Shown in pieces: positions 24,634 through 37,216 of a stretch of 64,000 nucleotides of DNA (position 1 is the stretch's first letter; the number at the start of each line of letters is the position of its first letter). A program made the translations under genes and the position numbers. This DNA comes from Octopus sinensis (lineage: Eukaryota), in contig NC_043011.1 of assembly GCF_006345805.1 (NCBI RefSeq), positions 4,402,001 through 4,466,000 on the forward strand, written 5' to 3'. The notes beneath the pieces are model-generated. The model made no database searches. It was not told the DNA's origin and saw nothing but the letters and a program-made list of their open reading frames with translations.

Positions 24634-25259
24634 GAATGTATGTATATAGATATATGTATTGAAAGGGCTTGTAATATTACTAGTTGCCATAACCAGATGA
24701 GGACTCAAGATGCATAAACAAGTCTAAGACAAAAGGGTTATATAATGCTATTGTTTCATGATAAACTGCAGTATGTTTTGATCTAGGAATCACATCTATC
24801 AAATGGATTGAGCAAGAGAATATATATTCATGGAATGCATCTATGGAAAAATTTTGAGGAGAAAAATCCGATGCAAAAAAAACAAGGATGTAAGAGTTGA
24901 AGAATTCATTAACAGAGTTTCTGTTTCTAGGCTTCAGTTCAGATGTAATTTGTTTGCAAATACCTATGTGCATGTTTATAGGAAGAAGGTAGCGATAGCA
25001 GCAAAGAGAGAAAGAGAGAGAGAGAGAGAGGGGGGAGTAGTGGTGATTGAGAAGTAGAAAAGGACACAAGACAACTGAAAAAAATGTATTAAAGGTAGAG
25101 AGAGAGGGAGGTGGAGGGGAATTTCAGGAAGAGGAGAAGAAAGTTTCTTCTGTAAAGATTTTCATTCCATAGATTTTCATTCAGGCAGATTTTATTTGAA
25201 AGAAATGCATGATAAGATGAAAAGGTATTGAGAAGTAAAGAGAAAGAGAGAGAGAGAGC

Positions 25260-25266
25260 CTGTATG

Positions 25267-25298
<32 letters not shown>

Positions 25299-25591
25299 AT
25301 AATATATGGTGTGTGTGTGTGTGTGTGTATGTATATATATATTATATATATATAATTTATTTATTCATTTATTTTATGAGAATAAGATGTATAATGAAAG
25401 AAAAAAGCAAAGAAATCAATGAGTGACAAAAATGAATGAGATTAAGAACATCGTATGGAAAAGTTAATACATGTGAAGCTCAAGGTGGGAATAAGTCAGA
25501 TTAGGAAAAAGTCATTGACTTAATGAATCTATTGTAAAAATATATTGTATTGTAAAAAAATGTAGTATAAATGTATGCAACAAAAATACTG

Positions 25592-25632
<41 letters not shown>

Positions 25633-25899
25633 ATGTATATATATATATATAATATATATATATATAATTTATTTATTCATTTATTTTATGAGAATAAGAT
25701 GTATAATGAAAGAAAAAAGCAAAGAATCAATGAGTGACAAAAATGAATGAGATTAAGAACATCGTATGGAAAAGTTAATACATGTGAAGCTCAAGGTGGG
25801 AATAAGTCAGATTAGGAAAAAGTCATTGACTTAATGAATCTATTGTAAAAATATATTGTATTGTAAAAAAATGTAGTATAAATGTATGCAACAAAAATA

Positions 25900-25903
<4 letters not shown>
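25260..25903. repeat. Near-identical tandem duplication, period ~311 bp
   Basis: The ~240-bp unique block at 25351-25590 recurs at 25663-25901, differing by one A in a homopolymer. Confidence 0.95.
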
Positions 25904-25952
<49 letters not shown>

Positions 25953-25971
25953 TATATGCATATATATATTG

Positions 25972-26317
25972 ATGACCCCCTTCGGTCAGGCACTGACCAT
26001 GGGTTTGCACCTAGAGAGATACCCTCTGAGGCACAAGTCTGGGCAAGGTTGTTTTTTTTTTTTATGGAAGACCAGCAGTCGCCCATGCATACCGGCCTCC
26101 CCTCTCCACGTCACCGATGTTGTCCAAGGGAAAGGCAAGGGCTGATACAGCTTGGCACCTGTGACGTCGCAACTCATTTCTACAGCTGAGTGAACTGGAG
26201 CAACGTGAAATAAAGTGCCTTGCTCAAGAACACAACACGCAGCCCCGTCCGGGATTCGAGCTCACAACCTCACAATCGTAAGCTCGACGCTCTAACCACT
26301 GAGCCATGCGCCTTCAC
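25972..26317 (-). mobile_element. SINE family F
   Basis: Reverse-complement full copy. Confidence 0.88.
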
Positions 26318-26387
26318 CATATATATATATATATATCCTTAAATCCTTAAAAATGTTTTAGCCCGAAGGCCGCCATATATATATATA

Positions 26388-27998
26388 CAGTGGGGGGAAA
26401 TAAATATTCGTACATGTCAAAATTCTTTATATATCTAATTTCAAATGAACATAAATGGGATATACCAATACTATATTTGCATACACACGCATAAACTAAG
26501 AATATGCAAAAGAAACTAATAAATTATAGTTACTAAGGAATTTATATTCAATTATAAATATTTAGGGGTGAAAAAAGTATTCGTACAGAACATAAATAAC
26601 TGATAATTATGATTTAATACTTCATAGCATAACCATTAATCAGTTCCACTTCAACCAATCTCTTCTTGTAGTTCTTTATTAATGACTCGCATGTTTCTTA
26701 GGAATTTTTTCCCATTCTTCTTGACAAATTTTCTTCAAATCTGGAATGCACGTTGGGGCTCTTGAATGAATTTTAATTTTCAAATAACGCCACAAATTTT
26801 CAATGGGGTTAAAGTCAGGTGACTCACTTGGCCATTCTAATAATTTTATATTGTGATCGACAATCCATTTTTTGGTAGACTTCGCCATGTGCTTAGGGTC
26901 ATTATCCTGTTGTAAAACCCACCCTTCACAAAGCTGGAGCTTTTCTACAGAGTCCCATAAATTACTGCTCAAAATATTTTGGTACATCTCTGCATTCATT
27001 CTACCATCTATCACATGTAAATTGCCTCTACCATTTGCAGAGAAACACCCCCACACCATGATGTTGCCACCTCCAAACTTCATGGTAGGAATTGTGTTTT
27101 TCGGCGAATAGGCAGTACCATCTTTTCTCTAAACATGGCTACGTGAATTTCTTCCAAACAATTCAATTTTCGACTCGTCTGTCCATAGAACATTTTCCCA
27201 GAATGTATCAGGTTTATCTTTATGTTCATAAACAAATTTTAAACGGGCATCTCTATGCCTTTTTGTCAACAGCGGAGTTTTTCTAGGAGAGTGTGACTTC
27301 AGTTCATTCCTATAAAGTTCATTGCTGATTGTTCATAGTGTAACACTAGTCCCTGAAGCTAACAAATCTTCTTGCAACTCCTTTCTGGTGATCATTGCGT
27401 TTTTTTCGATTCTTCACTTCATTTTTCTTAAAGATCTAGGGGAAATCTTGCATGGTGCACTGGATCATATTCTGTTTTCAACAGTTCCTGATTTTTTATA
27501 TCTTTGAATAAATGAAGATATGGTAGAAAATGGAATACAAAGGGTCTCTGATATTTTCCTGTAACTTTTACCTGCTTTCCACTGTTCAATAATTAAGTTT
27601 TTCACTGTATTTGTGAGTTCTTTACTTTTCACCATTATTACAATACTACTTTATGTTGTCTCAATGTTGAATGAAGAAGCTAGCGTTTTGACACTTAAAA
27701 ATGACAACTGATAAGATTATTGGAACAAACGAGAAAGTTCTAGTAAAAAAAAATTATTTTAACAGTATTTTGTGGCTTAGAAAATCATAAATTTATTCTG
27801 TACGAATACTTTTTTCACCCCTAAATATTTATGATTGTATATAGATTCCTTAGTAACTATAATTTATTAGTTTCTTTTGCATATTCTTAGTTTATGCATC
27901 TGTATGCAAATATAGTATTGGTATATCCCATTTATGTTCATTAGAAATTAAATAAATAAAGAATTTTGACGTGTACGAATATTTATTTCCCCACACTG
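26388..27998 (-). mobile_element. Full-length Tc1-like DD34E transposon (1611 bp), IR/DR type
   Basis: TA TSD at 26386-26387 and 27999-28000. TIRs of ~203 bp (26388-26590 and 27796-27998), each with outer and inner direct repeats (...TATTCGTACA). Confidence 0.97.
26614..27635 (-). pseudogene. Tc1 transposase pseudogene (~340 aa when repaired)
   Basis: ATG at 27635 (MVKSKELT...). Motifs WTDE, QQDND-34 aa-PIE and GGGNIMVWGCF. Four in-frame stops (codons 57, 74, 101, 169) and one -1 frameshift near the C-terminus. Confidence 0.95.
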
Positions 27999-28295
27999 TA
28001 TATATATATTCTGAATTTGTGTGAATGTGTACAGAATAATATATCAGTTGAATAAAGTTAAAACATGGTCTGGTTTTCACATTTTTTTTTAATGGCATTT
28101 TAACATTAACTTAGCGCTTTCATACATTTGGTAGTAATGAGTAGATTTCATAACATATTTAACTGACTGTTGAGTTCTTGATAACGGTAGTACTTCTGAG
28201 AATGCTCCAACAATCTGAATTTATGGAATACGGTTTTGACCAATCCACATGCAGCTTAAACATCACGCTTTACCAGGCGTACCGATATTCAGTAA

Positions 28296-29088
28296 TCTCT
28301 TTTACTCTTTTACTTGTTTCAGTCATTTGACTGCGGCCATGCTGGAGCACCGCCTTTTATTGAGCAACTCAACCCCGGGACTTATTCTTTTTGTAAGCCC
28401 AGTACTTATTCTATCGGTCTCTTTTGCCGAACCGCTAAGTAACGGGGACATAAACACACCAGCATCGGTTGTCAAGCAATATTAGGGGTACAAACACACA
28501 CACGCATATATATATATACTAGCAGTATCGCCCGGCGTTGCTCGGGTTTGTAAGGGAAATAACTATAAAGCATTTTTAGAGAGTTATAGCCAAAAAATAG
28601 CAAAAAAATGGGAAAAAAATTATGGTAAATTTTTTTTGATAGTTAAAAAGGTCGAGTTGCGTCTCCTAGACCATCGGTGGTTTGTGTTTCTGATTGTCGA
28701 CCCCATGTCGAATTTATCGATCTTTTTCAGAACTGGGGGAACTTTTCAAAATTTTCGCTGCGTTAGTTTTGAATTATGACATTGGGCTATGTGTGTGTCA
28801 AGTTTCATCAGAATCAGTTGAAAGCCGTGGTCAGGGTGAGGGTACAACCAAACAGACACATAGAAACACACACAGACAAACTGCCGTTTATATAGAGAGA
28901 GATATACATATATCCACATATATACGACGGGCTTCTTTCAGTTTCCATCTACGAAATCCACTCACAAGGCTTTGGTCGGCCTGAGGCTATAGTAGAAGAC
29001 ACTTGCCCAAGGTGCCACACAGTGGGACTGAACCTGGAACCATGTGGTTGGTAAACAAGCTACTTACCACACAGCCACTCCTGCGTCT
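28296..29088 (-). mobile_element. SINE family A, split by a Helitron inserted in its internal (TA)n
   Basis: The 3' half at 28296-28518 and the 5' half at 28903-29088 rejoin. Confidence 0.9.
28519..28902 (-). mobile_element. Complete non-autonomous Helitron (384 bp)
   Basis: On the minus strand: 5'-TC start, 3' hairpin CCCG-AGCAACGC-CGGG followed by CGATACTG-CTAG end, inserted between A and T with no TSD. Confidence 0.88.
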
Positions 29089-29129
29089 GTTTATAATCAT
29101 AGGTTAAAGGATATTTTTTAATCCACCTC

Positions 29130-30610
29130 ATTAACTGATTGTTATATTATTGTTGTTATTTCCGTTCAGAACAGGTTTGAACATTTTCATAAACCATTTT
29201 CCCTTTCTCTTTCTTCCAACCTGACTTGTGTCATGTAGTTTGTGGAAAGGAGAAATTAGAAACATTTTCTCACCACATGTTTCTATATGTTTGCTCTGTG
29301 GAATTTGGTGAACATTGTTGTCTGTGGACTCATGAGCATTCCAGTAATGCATTTCCTGTCTCGCCTTTATTTAGTTCTTCGCAATTCGGGCATTTAATAC
29401 AGTAGATCAAATTTGAGCTTTTGCATTTCATATCTGCATTTGTGAAAATCTGACCATTTTTTTTTCTAATGGATCTACTTGTATGTATGTATTGACACCA
29501 TTCCACATCTGTTATCATTACACTTGGATACTGTGAATGTCTTATCTTGTTTGTCCATGTTGAGTTTTGTCTTTGTTAATAGTTTCTTCAAGTTATGTGG
29601 TTGTCTTTTGCTTAAGATAAGTGTTTGATTAGCTATTATGTTTTTTAATTTTTTACTTTGTTTTATGATTGGCAATTTTGTTTTAATACTTTGATACTTT
29701 GATAGGTTTCAGCCATTATTGGCCCAGGCCATGTCTAACTTAATAGCACCACCTGGTGAAGTCTTTCAAGTCAGAATTTGGGCACTATGGCCCACTCAAG
29801 TAGAGAGTTATTGTTTACAGAGACATATCCGGGTGCAGGAGGTTTATCCATGATTTCTTGAAGGAATCTGTCCAAAGACTTCTTGAACCCTATAGGGTCT
29901 GTTTCTGTTTTAATGTGTTTTGGTGTAATGTTAAAGAGAGCGGGGCCAATTGAGGTGAAATAATTGTGCCGTATTGCTGTTATGAGATGAGAGTGAGAAT
30001 TTTGTTGTGGGCAGATGGGACAGGGCCCAAGCCTTGGATGTACCTTAAAGGTGATGCCAATGTTTTAATGATGTTAAAAATCATTTGGTGATGTATATTG
30101 TGTGTTACTAGAAATGGTATTGTGTTTGGTTGATGGTTTTGCTTTCTCGTGTTGCCCTAAGTTGTTCTATAGGTATCCCATTTGCTCACTGTATGCTGTT
30201 TTCTATAAGTAAGAGAGGGCAATTGTGCTTGAACAGAAATCTTTTGAGTTCTATAAGTCCTGTGTTTCTGGTATTTGGATCATTTACTATGGTACAAATT
30301 TTCCTGGTTAGACAGTACGGGATGACTCGTTTTGTGTGTGTTGGATGGCATGATTTGTAATTTAGATGCTGGTGTGTGTGTCTGTGCTTTTGTAATAAAT
30401 ATCAGTTGTGATTGTGGTGTTGTTTTTAATTACCATTATGTCAAGAGATGGTAATTATGTGTTGCTCATTTCACTTGTAAATTTGAGACTAGGGTGTAGA
30501 GTGTTGAGAAGGGTGCAGAATTCTTCCAGATTTTCTAGGGGTTTGGCCCAAATTAGGAAACAATCATCGGGGTATCTTTTCCATGTGTCCTCTGTCTTTT
30601 AAAGGTCATG
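29130..30610 (-). mobile_element. Penelope-like retroelement fragment (RT C-terminal half + GIY-YIG endonuclease), split by a LINE insertion
   Basis: RYPDDCFLIW and DIYYKSTDTHQHLNYKSCHP (PLE RT/thumb) at ~30070-30600; SKRQPHNLKKLL, KCNDNRCG and NLIYCIKCPNCEELNKGETG (GIY-YIG) at ~29130-29680. Confidence 0.85.
29688..30060 (-). mobile_element. CR1/L2-like LINE 3' end inserted in the Penelope-like element
   Basis: HPRLG...YFTSIGPALFNITPKHIK..DPIGFKKSLDRFL; (ATCAAAGT)n tail; 9-bp TSD TGTTTTAAT at 29679-29687 and 30061-30069. Confidence 0.82.
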
Positions 30611-30801
30611 CTGTGGTTCTCTTCAATTTTGTTTTATAGGTTTTGTTGAAAAGGAATGTTTTGCTTATGAAGATGATTACCACCAAATGCATGAAAGTGC
30701 TAATTGAACTTTATGAACATTACAAAATATTTTTTTAATGTTAAAATACCATAATGAAAAAAAAAAAAGTGAAAACCTGACCATGTTTTAATCGTATTCA
30801 A

Positions 30802-30884
<83 letters not shown>

Positions 30885-30934
30885 TTATATAAGGATGGAT
30901 GAATGTATGTATAGTTTATAGTTCTATTATAGGT

Positions 30935-31372
30935 CTTCTTCTTCTTCTTAATCCTTTTTGCCCCTTGTGGAGCATAGGGCCTCAACAATTGTTTTCCACT
31001 TTTGGCAGTCATTGGCGTGTTTCTTGGCTGCTTCCCATGTAAGGCCGGTGGTCCTGAGCTCATCCAAAATACTCCACTTCCATGTCTGCTTCGGGCATCC
31101 TTGCTTCCTTTTCTCTTGCGGGTTCCAGTCAAGTGCTTGTCGTGTCACATTTGGGGGTTCTTTCAGCAGTGTGTGTCCAATCCATCTCCATTTCCTTCGT
31201 CTAATCTGAACATGTATGGGCTCCTGGTTGGCCCTTTTGCACAGGTTGGTGTTTGGCACTCTGTCGAACCACTTCAGATGGAGGATCTGCCGGAGACATC
31301 TGTTGATGAAGGTCTGGATCTTCTTGTAGTTCCTGCAGGTGGCTCTCCATGTTTCAAAGCCATACAAAGCCA
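30935..31372 (-). mobile_element. RTE-clade LINE, 5'-truncated 3' end with (GAA)n tail
   Basis: LYGFETW...IQTFINRCLRQIL...WRWIGHTL...ALDWNPQEKRKQGCPKQTW; 7-bp TSD tataggt at 30928-30934 and 31373-31379. Confidence 0.92.
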
Positions 31373-32009
31373 TATAGGTGGGAGCAGCTAAATAAGTACT
31401 CTATCCAATGAGAGATAAATATCATTTGATATATAGAATTTGCAAAAGAGCTACTTATAATTTCACGCTTTAGAGATACAATAAATTGACATATTTATAT
31501 AACATGCCATGTATCTCAAAGCAATCATTCTGGTTCAGTGCATATCACTAGATGTACTTAAAAGCCAGGATGCTGGTCTTTGATAAAACATGAGAGAAAA
31601 TGAGAAGTGAAAGAATGGGACGAAGGCCGATGCAAAAGGTAGAATGAGTGAGAAACTGAGCTTCTTCTGTCAAACTGGATGATGCCAGCTGCTTTGGATT
31701 GAAGTGCTATCTCACAGGCTTTGGCCTCCTCTTTGTTATACTATTTGACACCAGCTGGATTAGTTATGATTTCTACAAACAAAGAGGATGAAGATTTTGG
31801 TTTTCTTACCTTCCTTTTCTTTCTTCTCATTTTTTTTTTCATGTTTTCTCATAGACCAGCATATTTGTTTTTAAATACATCTAACAATATGCAAGGAACA
31901 TGAAAGATTGCTTTCCAAGTTATATAAATCTGCCAATTTATTGCATCTCTAAAACATGAAACTATTGGTAGCTCTTTTGTAAATTGTCTATATATATATA
32001 TATATATAT

Positions 32010-32233
32010 ATATTTCTTTACTACCCACAAGGGGCTAAACATAGAGAGGACAGACAAACGGGTTGAGTCGATTACATCGACCCCAGTACATAACTGGTAC
32101 TTAATTTATCGACCCCGAAAGGATGAAAAGCAAAGTCGACCTCGGCGGAATTTGAACCCAGAAGGTAACGGCAGGCGAAATACAGCTACGCATTTTGCCC
32201 GGCGCGCTAACGTTTCTGCCAGCACACCGCCCT
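32010..32233 (-). mobile_element. SINE family G
   Basis: Reverse-complement copy; attgtctatatatata is repeated on both flanks. Confidence 0.88.
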
Positions 32234-33339
32234 ATTGTCTATATATATAAACACACATATGCACACACACACACATACATAGTTTTACCAGTGTGTGTTA
32301 TGTGTGTTTTTCTTTTTTCTTTCTTTCATTTTGTCTTTCGCTGATAAAATGAAGAAACTGGTACTTTTCAAAAGTTGCCGCTTGTATATTTGTTCTGGCT
32401 CCAATTCTCCAACACATTTTTATCACTCCTACCATCAGATATACTAGAAAACTGAAACCAACAACACTTGATCATTAATATAATATATATAAATCACAGT
32501 ATGTGTGTGTATAATGACTAATGCATACATTTCCACAATTCTCAACCAATTTTCACCAAACTTTACACACGTATTCCTTATATCCCAAGGATGCTCATGC
32601 ACTAAACATTTTGCCCAGAGCTCTTGTATAAATGAACCCAAATGGACATAGTTTTTTTGTATGTAGGGTCTTCAAAGGACAGTTGCATTTGCTTGGAACA
32701 ATATAAATTATATAAGTAAATTAATACATCTATATCATCTCAATTCGCCTAAATATTAGATGGTACCAAATTTCCTGAGAATTTTAACTATGATGGACTA
32801 ATGTTTACCATGACAAAACCTAATGCTTTTAAACTGGATCTAAATCTAAGAACAGGTTCTTAAGATATATTCTGGGAATTCTGAAAATATTTGTATCTAC
32901 ATTAGTTTATAGTGTTTATGAAACTTTTATCCACTCAAAATCCGAATATCTTTTTATTGCTGAGATTGGGCTTTATCATAAATACCAAAATAAAATAAAA
33001 ATGAAAGTAAAAAAATGGCACCAGAATCTAAGAACATTATGGTTGTTGGTTGCATCAGCAAAAATTAGTTCAATAATGTTTGAGAAATGAAATGTTTTTC
33101 CACCTTAAGAAAATAATCCCAACATTTCTGGTAGTCCTACCCTAGTTTACTCAAAGGGGACTGTACTTGAAATATGCCAGAATATTTTTGATCTCCTGAG
33201 ACAATCTAATTCCATTTTGTGAACTTCGTGTAAATTCTCTTTCAGTACAACTTCACACAGGGCATATTTCCAGATAAGGAGCAGAAAAATGGGTGAGAAT
33301 GAAGAGTGTATTTGGGAAATAACTTTGCAACGGATGAAA

Positions 33340-33561
33340 CCCTTTCGTTACTGAATTTATTTTGTGATGCTCTGTGTTTCTTTCAATTATTTTAAATATA
33401 ACAAAGAATTTAGTTAAATAACTTAAATTATCATTCAGCTAGTGTTATGAACATAAATTGCGAATAAGGTTTGGTGAAAGATTTTAATTAAAAACTTATG
33501 GAAACAAGACATGTATATTAAAGAGCCAGAGCCGGTTTCAGCCGGGTTGGTAATGAAAGGG
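33340..33561. mobile_element. piggyBac-type MITE, second family (222 bp)
   Basis: TIRs CCCTTTCGTTAC and GTAATGAAAGGG; right flank TTAA, left flank degenerate. Confidence 0.6.
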
Positions 33562-33914
33562 TTAATGATACATGTATGGTGGATAAAGAGAGGGAGATTG
33601 GCAGAGATATGCATTTGTTGCAAAGAAGTTTAGTATAGAATGGGCACACATATGCACATGCACAGAGAGAGAGTGCATTCAGATAATGAGCAGTGAGGAC
33701 TGAGACAGTTTGTGGACTCTGGTTTGAAGCTGTAGTACTGCAGTGAGTTCTATAGTACCTCAGAAAGATTTGAACACTGTACTGCAAGTTAAGAAAACAA
33801 TTATCTGTTTTTGAAGTGCTTTCTTTAGTTACTGAAGTAAGATGGTCCTACCCTTTGTACCATTTTGAACTGGGTTTTTTCCCCCCAGGATAATAATAAT
33901 AATAATAATAATAA

Positions 33915-34495
33915 TTCTTTCTTTTTATTGACAACAAGGGCTAATATAAATCAAAAACATTAAAGGACGACACAAGACGATAAACAAAGGGTTTTACAAA
34001 AAATAAGTCCGTGTAAACATTTCATAATGAAGATAACAATATAACAAGTAAAAACTGCCAATAGGTTATAGGTGCTTTGAAGGTTACTCGGGGAAAACCC
34101 ATAGAAGCCACATGTGTCTGGTCAACAGGGCGAGAGTCCTTTCTCCCTTTTATACCTTTTTTTACAGATGTAATCTCAGAATTGGTCTCACCTTCTTTTC
34201 AAGAGGAACTTGAAAAAGTTGATGAGGCCTTGGTCAAAGAGGAAAGTGTCTGACTTTAGCCCTTTCAAACGGGTCCACCATACCACTTCTTTTGCTACAG
34301 CCACCAGACAAATGAAAATTGCCTTCACCTCCAGGTTAAAGGAAGCCTGGATGGTCTGCTCTATGAGTTTTACGTTTCAATGCCAGACTTGTTTGTGGGC
34401 CGCTTGGCAGACATCTACTGCAGCTAGCAACAAAACGGGAGAATTCCTACTTTTGTTTGTCGAGTGGTGGTGGTGGCACTGCCGAGAAAGGACCT
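33915..34495 (-). mobile_element. Tx1/L1-like LINE 3' fragment
   Basis: Minus-strand KAIFICLVAVAKEVVWWTRLKGL...LINFFKF followed by a 3' UTR ending in an A-rich tail. Confidence 0.65.
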
Positions 34496-34746
34496 AAACT
34501 AGGGGGACGTCATAGAAAACTTCAATAATAATAATAATAATGATGATGATGATGATGATGATGATGATGGTGATGGTGGTGGTGGTGGTGGTGGTGGTAT
34601 TAACAGTAATAGGCACTGCAAACATGCTACATAAAACACTTACGTACAGTGAAAATAAGAACATGACAGAAAACCACAGCACGTACCCAAGGCACACAGA
34701 GCTGCACTCAATAGTGCAGTGAACGCACGTGATAAAGATAAGACTA

Positions 34747-34796
<50 letters not shown>

Positions 34797-35175
34797 TAAT
34801 GTGTTTCTTGTGGAATAAATGTCATTTCAATGTCATTTGCAGTTTCCCGACCCAACCCTTCTTGTAAAAAAAAAATGGTAGTACAGGTAACAACAGTAAC
34901 TGTGAATTCACACCCAGAAATATTGGTGCTTACTATTGTTGTTCTTAGTGTTGTGAACATTACAGGGAAAACATTTTCGTGTATGGTTAGTGATTAAAGT
35001 TACTTTGCTACATACTTCAGAAGTCTGTGATCATCACAACTTCTCTTTTTTTCTTCGTTACTGGTAATTAGCAGTCATGTTGGACTATTTGCACAGTGTT
35101 TTCTTAATTTTCTTCATTTTCCCCTTTGATTCTTTTTCTTTATTTTACTATATTTGCATTTTTCTTTTGTAACAG

Positions 35176-35261
35176 AACAGTCAGGTTACAAGTGAACAAC
35201 TATGAGAGCATTACAACAACATGGAATGTCATTGGATATATTAAAGGGGAATTGGAACCAG
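35176..35261 (+). CDS. NAALADase/GCPII-like internal exon (equivalent to FOLH1 exon 9), 86 bp, phase 2-1
   Basis: Long pyrimidine tract, then taacag| acceptor and |gtaaga donor. Encodes TVRLQVNNYESITTTWNVIGYIKGELEP (family: V.M.I......IYNVIGTLRGAVEP). Confidence 0.93.
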
Positions 35262-35381
35262 GTAAGAGCAACCCTTACATAATACGCATAGCGAACTGTT
35301 TTTTGTGGATTGGTGTCCCCTGGCTAAATAACAGGACAAATGAATGCAGCTGTTCCAGAGATTTATCTCAATATTTTGTTG

Positions 35382-35560
35382 AAATTTACAAATTAACAAA
35401 TTAACAAATTTACAAATTAACAAATTAACAAATTTACAAAGTTTACAAATTTACAAATTTTACAAATTTACAAATTTTACAAATTTACAAATTTTACAAA
35501 TTTACAAATTAACAAATTTACAAATTTACAAATTTACAAATTAATAAATTTTACAAATTA
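35382..35560. repeat. 8-9-bp minisatellite (AAATTTAC / AAATTAAC / AAATTTTAC)n
   Basis: About 21 units, 120 bp downstream of the 86-bp exon; followed by a 27-bp-period duplication at 35567-35619. Confidence 0.95.
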
Positions 35561-35720
35561 AGCCAACATAAACTAGTGTAGTGTAACAAATAGCATAAAC
35601 TAGTGTAGTGTAACAAATACTTAAGAGAAATGCATTTGTGTTGTGGTTTACATATGTAGAAACATTGAAGCACCCATCACAGATTTGTGTTGGAAAGTTA
35701 AGATATTTTCATATTTGTAT

Positions 35721-35925
35721 ACTCTTTACTCTTTTACTTGTTTCAGTCATTTGACTGCGGCCATGCTGGGGCACCGCCTTTAGTCGAGCAAATCGACCCT
35801 AGGATTTATTCTTTGTAAGCCTAGTACTTATTCTATCGGTCTCATATTCCGGACCGCTAAGTTACGGGGACGTAAACACACCAGCATCAGTTGTCAAGCA
35901 ATGCTAGGGGGACAAACACAGACAT

Positions 35926-35981
<56 letters not shown>

Positions 35982-36144
35982 GACGGGCTTCTTTCAGTTT
36001 CCGTCTACCAAATCCACTCACAAGGCTTTGGTCAGCCCGAGGCTATAGTAGAAGACACTTGCCCAAGATGCCACGCAGTGGGACTGAACCTGGAACCATG
36101 TGGTTGGTTAGCAAGCTACTTACCACACAGCCACTCCTGCGCCT
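35721..36144 (-). mobile_element. SINE family A
   Basis: Reverse-complement full-length copy. Confidence 0.92.
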
Positions 36145-36294
36145 ATGTATGTGCTTAATTGTTTGTGTGTGTGTGTGTGTGTGTGTTTGGGGAGTAACCA
36201 CTTAATAAAATCTGTGCCTTGGATATCTATCCAAAGTGATTGGTTCAGCAATTATTATTTGCCTCTATATAAATATCTTATGGAAGAATGGTAA

Positions 36295-36465
36295 CTATAT
36301 GGGCATAGCTGTGTGGTAAGAAGGTTGCTTCCCAACCAAATGGTGTCACTGTGTGACATCTTGGGCAAATAAAACTCCAGGCTGAAAAAAGTCTTTTGAG
36401 TAGATTTGGTTAATGGAAACTGAAAGAAGCCTGTTGTGTGTGTGTGCACGCGCACACGCGTGTGT
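36295..36465 (+). mobile_element. SINE family A, degenerate 5' half
   Basis: gctgtgtggtaagaagg...cttgggcaa...gatttgg...ggaaactgaaagaagcc. Confidence 0.7.
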
Positions 36466-36698
36466 GTGTGTATATATCTAATATAATAAATGCGAAAACT
36501 AATTTCTGTGTGTCAGTGTGTCACACTCTGACTTCCCATCACTATTCAGTGACACTCCTACTATTGCTCATGTTGGGGTGGGAGTAATAGTAGGCATAGA
36601 GATGGTGGCAAAGACAGAGAGAGAGAGAGAGAGAAATTTAAGGAGAGTTGATATTTTTATTAAAAGTAGTAGTGTTGATAGTGGCAGTGGGAGTAATA

Positions 36699-36755
<57 letters not shown>

Positions 36756-37216
36756 AGGAGCTGACCACTGAACTAAGATACTGAACGAATACACACATTT
36801 AGCCTTTTTGCAATGGTAATGGGGCGATAGTAATAGTATGAGCTGCAATTGCGATATAGGCAGAGGCAGCGGTGATGGTGGTGGTAGCCAAGGTGGTTAG
36901 TGGTGAGAGCAAGCAATGTAAAAGACAGTGGTGATGGTGGTGGAGGGGAAGGTGGCGAAGTCAGTGCAAAACATGGTGGAAAAAATAGTACTCAAATACC
37001 AAAGGTAGAGTAATATGATGTTACTACAGCTGCAAAATTATCACAGAACTGTTATTCAGTTTCACATTCCCATTCATCAGACAATTGTGATGAAAGCACA
37101 TATATATATATATATGTGTGTATATATATATATATATATAATATATATATATATATTATATATATATATATATATGTGTATATATATATATATGTGTATA
37201 TATATATATACACATA

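Noticed and set aside
32760-33300. ~85-codon stop-free frame (…LRYILGILKIFVS…KKWHQ…) as a nested gene exon
   Set aside because: No start or splice support; weakly resembles a decayed Tx1/L1 C-terminus and is too degenerate to call.
35171-35180. Tandem acceptor AACAG-AACAG at the 86-bp exon
   Set aside because: The second AG is 5 nt downstream and would shift the frame; there is no evidence of use.
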